Positions 1 through 7,784 of a stretch of DNA of 18,222 bases are shown here, piece after piece. Made by a program: the position numbers and the translations under genes. The notes under the pieces are model-generated. The model was not told the origin of the DNA and did no database searches. It saw nothing but the letters and a program-made list of their open reading frames with translations. Position 1 is the stretch's first letter. Each line of letters opens with the position of its first letter. Location: the sequence record NC_036595.1. One strand, given 5' to 3'.

Positions 1-930
1 GTGAATAAGGCCGTGCTAGCTGTTCTAGCCCCCCTGCTGGCCCTGCTCCTAGCACTAGCCCCGGTAGCCTCGGCGGCTGGGCCGAGCGGTGTGGCGTACC
101 TGCCGCCCAGCGTCGCAATAGAGGGTGCAATCCAGCACAAGGCGCTAGAGGGCTACTCGATAAGCATACCCGCTAGTGACGGGACTACCGCCCAGGTTGT
201 GACCGTCGACCTCAGCCAGTACCTGCCTAGCGGGTTCGACGTTGACGGCGTTAGGCTGATAGTCGAGTCCACGGCGAGCGATAAGATAGTTGTCAAGGCG
301 CTGGATGCTAACAGTAACGTGCTCGCCCAGGCAGACGTGGTACCGCTGAGCTCCGGCTACGAGGTAACACTGCCCGCTGGCACTACACAGTTGCAGTTCG
401 AGAGCCTCTCCACCACAGTCTGGGAAGGCACTATAACGGTGATTGTGGAGTCTGCGATAGACATCGACCTAGTGTTCCAGAGCACGCAGATAACGTTGAC
501 TAACGGCTACGCCGAGGTGCCAGCCCAGGTAAAGGTGTACAACTCGCCCGCCGGGGAGCTGTTCCTGACCGACGATAGGCTAGACTTCGAGGTAAAGTTC
601 AAGGACACGAGCGACAACGACACAAGGGTAGAGATACAGGCGCACAACGACCCAGCCAACCCGGCAATCTACGACACCATAGTGGCTATATCCACCAGCG
701 CCGAGCCGGGCACATACACGATAAAAGTGACCATGTGGCTCTACAACAACGCGCTTAACGCCGAGTACGAGATAGACAGCTTCGACTTCACAGTCACCCT
801 CGAGGGAGATGGAAGCGGTACAGCGACTGTGAGTGAGCAGGCTGAGGAGTTAAGTCTAGACTGGGGCATGATAGGGCTGGGCGCCGTGGCTGCGGTAGTT
901 ATAGTGTTCCTGCTTGCTAGGGCGAGGTGA
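1..930 (+). CDS. Secreted/surface protein with signal peptide and C-terminal membrane anchor; candidate major virion envelope/spike protein
   Basis: N-terminal MNK + hydrophobic stretch + ASA-A cleavage-like site, beta-rich acidic body, C-terminal TM (WGMIGLGAVAAVVIVFLLARAR). First gene of the operon, and its stop overlaps the next start (GTGA). Confidence 0.75.
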   Translation: MNKAVLAVLAPLLALLLALAPVASAAGPSGVAYLPPSVAIEGAIQHKALEGYSISIPASDGTTAQVVTVDLSQYLPSGFDVDGVRLIVESTASDKIVVKALDANSNVLAQADVVPLSSGYEVTLPAGTTQLQFESLSTTVWEGTITVIVESAIDIDLVFQSTQITLTNGYAEVPAQVKVYNSPAGELFLTDDRLDFEVKFKDTSDNDTRVEIQAHNDPANPAIYDTIVAISTSAEPGTYTIKVTMWLYNNALNAEYEIDSFDFTVTLEGDGSGTATVSEQAEELSLDWGMIGLGAVAAVVIVFLLARAR

Positions 931-1121
931 TGGCCATGCTCCCCGTCTTAATCCTGCTCGGTATAGCTGTGCTGGCAGTAGCGCTCGGGTTCATAGACAT
1001 ACAGGCAACATTCGGCGACATTGACTGGAAGATGGTTGGCCTAGGCGCCGCCGCTGGCTTCGCCGCCCTGCTACTCATGAAACCCGGATTGGTCAAAAAG
1101 GCTGTGAACCGCATAAGATAA
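927..1121 (+). CDS. Small protein with two hydrophobic helices; candidate matrix or spindle-type capsid protein
   Basis: 64 aa, two TM segments and a basic C-tail (KKAVNRIR). Coupled to the upstream gene and followed by a T-tract. The structural role is inference. Confidence 0.65.
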   Translation: MMAMLPVLILLGIAVLAVALGFIDIQATFGDIDWKMVGLGAAAGFAALLLMKPGLVKKAVNRIR

Positions 1122-1140
1122 CCCCCTCTTTTTTCTCCCT
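1122..1140 (+). terminator. Oligo-T archaeal terminator after the first two genes
   Basis: CCCCCTCTTTTTTCTCCCT directly after the 1121 stop. Confidence 0.6.
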
Positions 1141-1208
1141 CGCGGGCCTCTCCCGCCTACACCCAGGGCGCCTAGGGCTGGGCCTGGGGGGCATGGGGGG
1201 CGGCCCCT

Positions 1209-1928
1209 ATGCCTCGACGCTTACATGTGTTGTTACTAGTTGCTATACTGGCTAGTGTAGTGTTACCCAGCGTAGCCGTAGCCTCGGCGGAAGACCCCCT
1301 ACCGCTGGAGTGGGGCGACACCGGCAAGGAGCTACCACCAGGATATAGAGTTACTGCGTTGACGCACGGCATCGCCGTAGCCATCGGCGGGCTATCTGGG
1401 TTCGCGGACGCCGTCGCGTGCGTGGGCGACTACTGCTTCGGCCTGGTGGGAGACGACGGGATTATCCCAGTACATGTGAATCTGTTTATCGCTGGCGAGA
1501 CGAGGGAGATAGACACGCTCTGGCAGGGAATGGCTGAGTATGATGCGGATTGGGCCTTCACCCTGCACTGCCCCGGGGAGAGCATAGGTGGCCTAGAGCC
1601 AGGCCCCGAAGAGGCCGTCCTCGAGGTTGAGAGTAGCCAGTACGGCATTAAGAGGTACTACCTAGTCGACCTGAGCCAGGGCGTCTCGCCGGACCTGAAG
1701 TACTTCTACGAGTCCACGCCCGGCGTGACGAGCTGGGTCGAGTTCACAGACCCTGAGAAGGTGAAGGACTGTGGGGGCGACTATCAGGGCGAGCCGCCTA
1801 GCGGCGGCGAAGGTAACAGGCCCCAGGGCGGCGGGCTGCTAGACCTGAATATGACCGTTGATTTAACGTGGCTGGCTCTAGGCCTAGTTGCGGTTGGATT
1901 TCTACTGATACTTCTAAAGAGGTGGTAG
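1209..1928 (+). CDS. Surface protein with signal peptide and C-terminal TM anchor
   Basis: MPRR + hydrophobic signal, Cys pairs, Gly/Pro linker (PPSGGEGNRPQGGG), then TM and LKRW tail. Confidence 0.75.
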   Translation: MPRRLHVLLLVAILASVVLPSVAVASAEDPLPLEWGDTGKELPPGYRVTALTHGIAVAIGGLSGFADAVACVGDYCFGLVGDDGIIPVHVNLFIAGETREIDTLWQGMAEYDADWAFTLHCPGESIGGLEPGPEEAVLEVESSQYGIKRYYLVDLSQGVSPDLKYFYESTPGVTSWVEFTDPEKVKDCGGDYQGEPPSGGEGNRPQGGGLLDLNMTVDLTWLALGLVAVGFLLILLKRW

Positions 1929-1929
1929 C

Positions 1930-2718
1930 ATGCTGAGGCCAGGCGTTGTGGCACTCCTGTTTATAGCGGCTATTGCGATAACACTCGGTATACAACCCCT
2001 GCTGGAGAGGGGTGTGCTTGAGGAAGCCTATTCGCAGGTCTTCGTCATAGTTTGCGAGGGCACGCCGGAATACAGGGAGATGTCGGCGAGCAGTTATGGG
2101 ACTGGGTGGTGGGTCAACGATAGTGGCTACGCCGTGACGGCCTACCACGTGGTGGATACTTGCGACACTATAACAGGTGTTCGGGGTGCCTGGAGCTCAC
2201 AGTTGCAGCTCATCGCCTACAACCCGGAGCTAGACGTGGCCCTACTCAAAGCCGTAAACCCACCTGACTGGGCTGAGGGGTTGCCTCTAGGCTACTCGGC
2301 CAGTATAGGGGATAAGGTGTATATAGTAGGGTATCCGCTGCAGGTGGTAGCTGAGCTTGACGGCGACCTGGCTAGGGCGAGCACGGCGCCTAGGGTGGCC
2401 GAGGCGAGCATAGCCTGGATAAGCCCAGACAGGGCTGTTATGGAGCTTGAAGGTGAGACTGACAAAGGAAACTCTGGCGGCCCAGTAGTCAGCCTAGAGT
2501 CTGGCGGCGTCGTTGGAATCATAGTCTACGCTAGAGAGGGCGCCGTCAGCACCTCGATATATGCGCTGCGTATGGACGCCCTGGCGCCGTTCTTGGACTC
2601 ATACAATGTCGAGTATGAGGTGGCGGGCCGCCCCCCGCTCCTCTTGCTGGGCCTGGGGCTCCTAGGGGCCCTGGGCCTGGCTCTAGTACTTTCGCGGGGT
2701 GTTAGGCTTGGGGCGTAA
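1930..2718 (+). CDS. Trypsin-like (S1/HtrA-type catalytic domain, no PDZ) serine protease with N- and C-terminal TM segments
   Basis: Catalytic triad motifs in order: GTGWWV..VTAYHVV (His), ELDVALLK (Asp), KGNSGGPVV (Ser), followed by GGVVGII. Confidence 0.92.
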   Translation: MLRPGVVALLFIAAIAITLGIQPLLERGVLEEAYSQVFVIVCEGTPEYREMSASSYGTGWWVNDSGYAVTAYHVVDTCDTITGVRGAWSSQLQLIAYNPELDVALLKAVNPPDWAEGLPLGYSASIGDKVYIVGYPLQVVAELDGDLARASTAPRVAEASIAWISPDRAVMELEGETDKGNSGGPVVSLESGGVVGIIVYAREGAVSTSIYALRMDALAPFLDSYNVEYEVAGRPPLLLLGLGLLGALGLALVLSRGVRLGA

Positions 2719-2920
2719 GCCTAAGTCTGACCTGGGGGTTGCATGTCTTGAGGTTGAGGCCCGTAACAGGGCCGAGCTGGCCAGGCTAATGGCAGAATCC
2801 AGGCGGCTAGCGCAGAAACTGGCTGAAATCGAGGAGATACTCCACCAGCAGGCCCTAGACCTAGCCAGGCTGACCGTTAGGCTGGTAGAGCTGGAGTCGA
2901 GGGTGAGGGCCGATGGCTGA
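2699..2920 (+). CDS. Small coiled-coil protein (start uncertain; may begin at the internal ATG near 2789)
   Basis: Heptad-like Leu pattern (LAQKLAEIEEILHQQALDLARLTVRLVELESRV). Fills the gap between flanking genes, and its stop overlaps the 2913 start. Confidence 0.55.
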   Translation: MLGLGRKPKSDLGVACLEVEARNRAELARLMAESRRLAQKLAEIEEILHQQALDLARLTVRLVELESRVRADG

Positions 2921-3377
2921 AGTCGAGATACTGGGATACGTGTTCACACAGGAGCAGCTAGAGGCGTATGCCACGCTGGTGGCCATACTGGGTGGTGCCG
3001 CGGCGACCGGGTTGTTGCTGGGCGTTATGCTAGACCTGCTGGTGCCCCGCAGGCGTAAAGAGGGTGGCGGGGACGGGGAGAGGCCGGGCGTGGAGAAGCG
3101 TGAGAAGAGTGTTGAAGAGCCGAGAATACCTGGTGTAGAGACTGCAGTTGCAGTGCACGTTGCCAGGATGGTGAAGAGCATGCTAGAGTCTGGAGAGGTA
3201 AAGATTAAACTGGTGAGGGATGATTGTGAGGGGGAGATTGTCTTCGACCTGAACACAAACGAGTTCAGATGCATAGACGAAGAGGGCAGGCTGCGGGGCC
3301 TGGGGGAGCCAGAGGCTGAGGACAGCCTAGAGGAGCTGGTGCGCGGCGGGGGTGGCAGGCGTGGCAGGCGCGGCTGA
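2913..3377 (+). CDS. Hypothetical single-pass membrane protein
   Basis: TM segment ATLVAILGGAAATGLLLGVMLDLLV followed by a charged cytoplasmic domain; operon-coupled. Confidence 0.7.
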   Translation: MAEVEILGYVFTQEQLEAYATLVAILGGAAATGLLLGVMLDLLVPRRRKEGGGDGERPGVEKREKSVEEPRIPGVETAVAVHVARMVKSMLESGEVKIKLVRDDCEGEIVFDLNTNEFRCIDEEGRLRGLGEPEAEDSLEELVRGGGGRRGRRG

Positions 3378-4314
3378 GGCGCTGGCGGTCGTGCCGGTGG
3401 GGATACTGGCGGGGCTGGCGACCTTCGCGGTGTATATAAACCGGTATGTGGGCGACTGGGGCTGGCTGACTAGCTGGGGCGACAGGCTGGCGTTCCTGCT
3501 CTGGCCCAGGCCGCCTAGGAACGTTGTGAAACTAATCCACCCCGATGGCAGGATAGACCTGATTTACAATGTGGACGCTAGGGAGAGCAAGAACTCGGTG
3601 GTGTTTGAGACGCCCTTCGGGGTGGTGAAGGTACAGCCCCCCAGGCACCTAGTGTCAGGGTTGAACCTGTACGTGCCAGGCAGGCCCTCGCCGCTCCACT
3701 TCGTTGTTGGGGCGATGGCGGGGCTGCTGGTCGTCTACCTAGTGCTGTATTACGGCTGGCTCTTGATACTGGGCATGGGCGGGTTGAGCCTCGCGGCCTT
3801 CGCAGTGCTGGGTTACGCCTACATGTGGTATCAGGCGGCGATGACGCCTAACACTATATACTACCCGCTCATCGTGACTGCCGTGGCTTCGGGCTTCATC
3901 CAGGCCGTCCCCGCCCCGGGAGAGGCGATATCGCCTAAAGAGTTTCTCAGGATGTACAACCAGGGCGTCAAGATAGTTGTAGACAAAGAGGCGAAAGAGG
4001 CGCTCGAGGAAGTGGCCAACATGTTGGGCGTTAAGGACATAAGCACCGCCGCCGAGATACTGTCGAGCGCGAGCATGTACAGCACGCTGCGGAAGACGAT
4101 AACCTCGATGGCCGCGAGGGCCGCCTCTATAAGCGAGGTGCAGAAGTCGATAAGCGTCTACACGTTCGAGGAGCTTAGGCGGGTCACACTAGGCAGGATT
4201 CTAGCTTGGGGGGTGTTCTTTGTTATAGGTGTTCTGGTGGGGTGGGCCCTCTTCGGCGGCGGGGACGTGGTCATAATGCCAGCCTCTCAGGAGCTGGGGG
4301 TGGCTGGGCCGTGA
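3352..4314 (+). CDS. Polytopic membrane protein
   Basis: Several hydrophobic segments (N-terminal, two or three central, one C-terminal); overlaps both neighbours. Start may be 3352 or 3361. Confidence 0.75.
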   Translation: MAGVAGAAEALAVVPVGILAGLATFAVYINRYVGDWGWLTSWGDRLAFLLWPRPPRNVVKLIHPDGRIDLIYNVDARESKNSVVFETPFGVVKVQPPRHLVSGLNLYVPGRPSPLHFVVGAMAGLLVVYLVLYYGWLLILGMGGLSLAAFAVLGYAYMWYQAAMTPNTIYYPLIVTAVASGFIQAVPAPGEAISPKEFLRMYNQGVKIVVDKEAKEALEEVANMLGVKDISTAAEILSSASMYSTLRKTITSMAARAASISEVQKSISVYTFEELRRVTLGRILAWGVFFVIGVLVGWALFGGGDVVIMPASQELGVAGP

Positions 4315-5393
4315 GGTGGGTTATATTTGTGTTTATAATGCTGGGTCTACTAGCCCAGCCCGTTGCTGGGCTGTCGATCAATTATGTGTTGTACAGTGCA
4401 GACTTCCAAGTGCCAGAGTCGGCTGTCGAGGCGCAGCAAGACGGGAGCGCCGTGCTGGAGCTTCAGTTCTATTTCCCCTGGGACTTTGACTCCGGGTTGT
4501 GGAAGAATAGGGTTAGTGTGGGTGGCTGGGATGGCATCGACGTTGAGAGGCGGTGGATAATAGGTAGCAACGATGTGTTGCTGGCTGTAAGGGCGTGGGG
4601 TTATGTGGATGGTAGTCACGGGGATCTGCTGACGTGTAACGGTGATGTTAGGAGTGCGGACTACACTACAGACCCGGATATAGGGGTGGAGTGCTATGTG
4701 AGCTACAGGCACCCTCTTAGCCAGGCTGGAGACGCTATATACCATATTATGATAGTTGTTACGCCATACGATGCTAGGTATTACCAGGTCGAGTACTACT
4801 TTGAAGGCCAGCTTATAGCCAAGTTCCTGAGGAGCCAGTACACGTACAACAATACAGAAGCCTGGCTGCTCAACACGTTTGACGATATAACAATGCGCAA
4901 TGCACTAGCCACTATAGGCCCGCCTATACCACTCTCGGGCGAGGCCAGGCTGGAGTGGAGTACAGCTATACCAGTCCCTGCTAAGACTGGCTACGAATAT
5001 AGGGTTACCGGCGGCGAGGTAGTAGAGGTTAGAGAGGGGCCGGGCGGGTACCAGCTAATGTATATACAGCCTAGTTTAACGGAGACTGCGAGCCCCTGGC
5101 GGGAATCATGCTATCCATACACGGTGACGCACGAGGGCTACGTGGGCGACACATGGACCACGCTAACCTGGACTAGGATGGAGTGTGAGACGATATACAC
5201 GACAATCTACACTGGGGAGATAATCCTCGAGGCTTACGAGCCCGGCAGTAACAGCCTCGAGGCTGTGCTGAGGCTGAACTTGCTACCCCAGGACGGCGCC
5301 GAGGGCGGTGGCAACAGGACACTAGCTCTAGTGGGGCTGGGGCTTATCGTTGCGGCGGTTGTAATGTTACTGCTTAGGGGTGGCAGGCGGTGA
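4311..5393 (+). CDS. Surface protein with signal peptide and C-terminal TM; possible ConA/LamG-like lectin domain
   Basis: Start reassigned from 4206 to GTG 4311 (GTGA overlap with the upstream stop), which gives a clean signal peptide MRWVIFVFIMLGLLAQPVAG. C-terminus EGGGNRT + TM + RGGRR. Confidence 0.75.
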   Translation: MRWVIFVFIMLGLLAQPVAGLSINYVLYSADFQVPESAVEAQQDGSAVLELQFYFPWDFDSGLWKNRVSVGGWDGIDVERRWIIGSNDVLLAVRAWGYVDGSHGDLLTCNGDVRSADYTTDPDIGVECYVSYRHPLSQAGDAIYHIMIVVTPYDARYYQVEYYFEGQLIAKFLRSQYTYNNTEAWLLNTFDDITMRNALATIGPPIPLSGEARLEWSTAIPVPAKTGYEYRVTGGEVVEVREGPGGYQLMYIQPSLTETASPWRESCYPYTVTHEGYVGDTWTTLTWTRMECETIYTTIYTGEIILEAYEPGSNSLEAVLRLNLLPQDGAEGGGNRTLALVGLGLIVAAVVMLLLRGGRR

Positions 5394-5584
5394 GGCATGG
5401 TGGCATACTCATTATCTTACTTATAGCTGCTGTGGTTGGGGCGAACCTGTATGTACAATTGAGCTGGGACTATGCAGATGCCCCGCCAGACGTAAAGCAA
5501 GCGCTACTGATAGGTGGCCTGGGGATGCTGGGGCTCGCCCTGCTGGGCTTCCCCCTATTGTTGAGGCGGGGCGGCAGGGTCTAG
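5390..5584 (+). CDS. Small two-TM protein
   Basis: 64 aa, two hydrophobic helices, RRGGRV tail, GTGA-coupled to the upstream gene. Confidence 0.7.
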   Translation: MRHGGILIILLIAAVVGANLYVQLSWDYADAPPDVKQALLIGGLGMLGLALLGFPLLLRRGGRV

Positions 5585-5592
5585 GCGGGGGC

Positions 5593-5661
5593 GGTACCAT
5601 TGTGGTACCAGTATGGTACTGGCCAGGGGGGACCTGGTACCAGGTGGTACCTGGCGGTACT
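5593..5661. repeat. Six GGTAC(C) copies with about 10.5-bp periodicity and nested palindromes
   Basis: GGTAC at 5593, 5604, 5615, 5636, 5646, 5656; perfect 14-bp palindrome ACCTGGTACCAGGT at 5632-5645. Confidence 0.85.
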
Positions 5662-5932
5662 GCCACTGGCGGTGTTGCTGGACGCCACAACAACAACGAT
5701 AGGCCTGTGGCTGGGCCTGGCTGAGAATGGGCCCCTGGCTTCCATGCTTCTCCCGGTCCTGGGCCCCCTGTACTGGCTGCTGGAGCTCACAGTAATACTC
5801 ATATTATACAATGTAATAAGGAGATACGCCAGACTGCCTAGCGACTGGGCCATGTTGGTCTCGGTTATTGGGCCCTGGACCGCCGGCTGGGCCAACCTCG
5901 CAATGGTAGCTAGGGTGGTGCTGGGTGGTTGA
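5600..5932 (+). CDS. Membrane protein resembling the DUF5658-type small archaeal membrane family
   Basis: Motif LLDATTTTIGLWLGLAENGPL (D-x-x-TT...G...E-N-x-P-L) with three hydrophobic helices; TTG start after GGCGGGGG. The family call is from memory of the motif. Confidence 0.6.
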   Translation: MWYQYGTGQGGPGTRWYLAVLPLAVLLDATTTTIGLWLGLAENGPLASMLLPVLGPLYWLLELTVILILYNVIRRYARLPSDWAMLVSVIGPWTAGWANLAMVARVVLGG

Positions 5933-6284
5933 CTATCCGGGCTGGCTCTACCCCGCCGCCTGGCTGGCTGCAATACTCGCCTCAGCCCTAATCCTGGCAC
6001 TGGTGTACTGGAAGACTGAGAGTATTAGAACAGGGCTGATAGTCTCACTGCTCTGGATGAAGGCCGCCGCCCTGGTGCTCTGGCTTGTGGGGCTGGATAG
6101 GCCAGTCGTCAAACTCCTGTTTATAAGGAGTGGGGATATAGCCTGGGGCCTCACGCTGACGGCGAACATGCTTGTGGTTGTGGCCCTCGCGGTGACAAAC
6201 CTTACCATCTACGCCTGGCCCGAGCTCTCCCGCGAGCTCCTGGGCAGGCGCGAGGGGCTCCCGGGCGTCCTAGGGCGGGGCTAG
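5925..6284 (+). CDS. Polytopic membrane protein, last gene of the + strand structural operon
   Basis: Three hydrophobic segments; overlaps the previous gene; followed by a T-tract and an AT-rich intergenic region. Confidence 0.7.
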   Translation: MVDYPGWLYPAAWLAAILASALILALVYWKTESIRTGLIVSLLWMKAAALVLWLVGLDRPVVKLLFIRSGDIAWGLTLTANMLVVVALAVTNLTIYAWPELSRELLGRREGLPGVLGRG

Positions 6285-6287
6285 ACC

Positions 6288-6301
6288 CACCCTTTTTATC
6301 A
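6288..6301 (+). terminator. Oligo-T terminator
   Basis: CACCCTTTTTATCA; near-identical CACCTTTTTA motifs recur near 6700 and 7635. Confidence 0.55.
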
Positions 6302-6355
6302 TTAGTATAAATAAATGGGGGCGGGGTATATACCCCTATATGGAAATACATACTT

Positions 6356-6415
6356 AGATTTATTACCTCTCGTTGCTATATGTTTAACATGGCCCGTAAA
6401 ACGGTGTGTGTAAAA
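6356..6415 (+). promoter_or_regulatory. 60-bp repeated promoter, copy 1 (TATA TTTATTA at 6359, palindrome ATGTT-T-AACAT)
   Basis: 52/60 identical to copy 2 and 51/60 to copy 3 by manual alignment; directly precedes an ORF. Confidence 0.85.
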
Positions 6416-6426
6416 GGGTGGTAGAG

Positions 6427-6669
6427 ATGGAGACTGCGAGAGTCTATTTGGCTAGGAAGCTTGAGGACTGCCCCATACCGGATGAGGATGTGGCGGTAGC
6501 CTGTTTCAGGGCTGAGGTTGACGGTAAGGAAAGTTTTGCGTACTACAATGTAAGCCCGATAAACCCGCTACATGCTGATCTAATAGTGTACGATCCCCGT
6601 AGTAAAAAGCTAGTGCTGGCCGAGGAATTACCAAACATAGAGATAGTCTATACTAATGAGGACGATTAA
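6427..6669 (+). CDS. Hypothetical small acidic protein (80 aa); candidate early/anti-defence protein
   Basis: ATG 6427 after GGGTGGTAGAG (alternative GTG 6406); own promoter and terminator. Function not recognisable. Confidence 0.65.
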   Translation: METARVYLARKLEDCPIPDEDVAVACFRAEVDGKESFAYYNVSPINPLHADLIVYDPRSKKLVLAEELPNIEIVYTNEDD

Positions 6670-6675
6670 TCTCAA

Positions 6676-6735
6676 CTTTTTTATCCACAAAACTAGAAAC
6701 ACCTTTTTATCATCTTTTACCTTCTTCTTTATTCT
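6676..6735 (+). terminator. T-rich terminator region
   Basis: Several T4-T6 tracts after the 6669 stop. Confidence 0.55.
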
Positions 6736-6793
6736 TATCTATACCCCCAGTTCCCCCTTTCAACCCCATACATGTATATACCTGCTTATGCTA

Positions 6794-6853
6794 AGATTTA
6801 TTACCTTTAGTTGCTATACGTTTAACGTGGCCTGTAAAACGGTCTACGTAAAA
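6794..6853 (+). promoter_or_regulatory. 60-bp repeated promoter, copy 2 (TATA at 6797, palindrome ACGTT-T-AACGT)
   Basis: Direct alignment to 6356-6415. Confidence 0.85.
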
Positions 6854-6869
6854 TGTGGGGTGTTGTGGT

Positions 6870-7616
6870 GTGTGGAAGAGGGTATTTAGTGCAGAGTGGC
6901 CAGACCGAGTACTAATACATAGGGACATGGTTCCCCTTGAGCCCCGCGAACTTGGAGCAACCATAATATACAAAAGGCCACCCAGTATTGAAGAGGGATG
7001 TGGAGCTAAGAGGAGATACGTGATCTATACTGACTTCTTAGTCAGGGGTGGATTCAGGACTTTTCCACCGACCCAGGAGATGCTCAAGGATTTGCTAGAG
7101 GAGAAACATTTCTATGTTGTGCCACCGTTCATCCGTGACACCATTATAACTGGTGGGCACGAGTACAGAGTGAGGTTACTACCCTACGCCTACATAGTGC
7201 AATACGTATTCGGTAGAGTGGACATCTACTCGGACGGGTGGTTTGTTTTCAAGAGACACAGTCAAAGGGAGTTCAAGGCAGCGCCAGACGGTGATTATGA
7301 CGCTGTCCTGCTGAGCATAACGGCGAGCGCGCACAGCAGGACAGTTACAGCCGAGTTAGTATTGCTGGATGACTACCCACATATAAAGGAGCACGCCGTA
7401 TGCAGGATAGACTCGGTCGAGACTGCACTGGTGCTGGTACCCAAGGGTGCTAAGCTTAGATTCATAAAGAAGACGGGACGCTACAGGGGGGCACCGGTGT
7501 ATGTCCCTATGCTATTTGACGCCAGCACATTAAAGTTCAAACGCTTCCCCGAGGTTTACAGCCTCGAGCTGGCGGAAGAAGCTCTTTCAAGTCTAGACGA
7601 CGAGGAGCTGGTCTAG
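6870..7616 (+). CDS. Hypothetical protein (about 248 aa), no recognisable family
   Basis: Long open frame; preferred start GTG 6870 with GGGGTG upstream (track start 6855); follows promoter copy 2. Confidence 0.75.
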   Translation: MWKRVFSAEWPDRVLIHRDMVPLEPRELGATIIYKRPPSIEEGCGAKRRYVIYTDFLVRGGFRTFPPTQEMLKDLLEEKHFYVVPPFIRDTIITGGHEYRVRLLPYAYIVQYVFGRVDIYSDGWFVFKRHSQREFKAAPDGDYDAVLLSITASAHSRTVTAELVLLDDYPHIKEHAVCRIDSVETALVLVPKGAKLRFIKKTGRYRGAPVYVPMLFDASTLKFKRFPEVYSLELAEEALSSLDDEELV

Positions 7617-7634
7617 GCTCGCCTAAACTCAATC

Positions 7635-7682
7635 CACCTTTTTAAAGTAAATCTTTTTCTAACCCCTCTTTTCCCTGTTTTG
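7635..7682 (+). terminator. T-rich terminator region
   Basis: CACCTTTTTAAAG...TCTTTTTCT...CTTTTCCCTGTTTT after the 7616 stop. Confidence 0.55.
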
Positions 7683-7724
7683 TTATAGCCCCAAGTATAT
7701 ACTCGTATATTCATATCTGGACAA

Positions 7725-7784
7725 AGGTTTATTAACTCTCGATGCTATATGTATAACATGGCCTGTAAAACGGTGGCCGTAAGA
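7725..7784 (+). promoter_or_regulatory. 60-bp repeated promoter, copy 3 (BRE/TATA AAAGGTTTATTA, palindrome ATGT-ATA-ACAT)
   Basis: Direct alignment to copies 1 and 2; ends at the ATG of the 7784 ORF. Confidence 0.85.

Noticed and set aside
1142-1152. GCGGGCCTCTC resembling a tRNA-Glu(CTC) anticodon arm (second att site)
   Set aside because: Only 11 nt, with no T-arm or acceptor sequence following; chance similarity.
3352-3369. 9-bp tandem repeat GTGGCAGGC x2
   Set aside because: A short duplication in a GC-rich gene overlap; it only affects the choice of start codon.
4206-4310. N-terminal extension of the 395-aa ORF
   Set aside because: It overlaps the upstream gene by about 100 nt, while GTG 4311 gives a coupled start and a clean signal peptide.
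6656-6889. 77-aa ORF in the track
   Set aside because: It runs through the T-rich terminator and promoter copy 2 and gives an F/I/T-biased low-complexity product; judged spurious.
6356-7784. CRISPR array or mini-array
   Set aside because: The repeats are 60 bp, degenerate, 438 and 931 bp apart, separated by whole genes, and contain TATA boxes.
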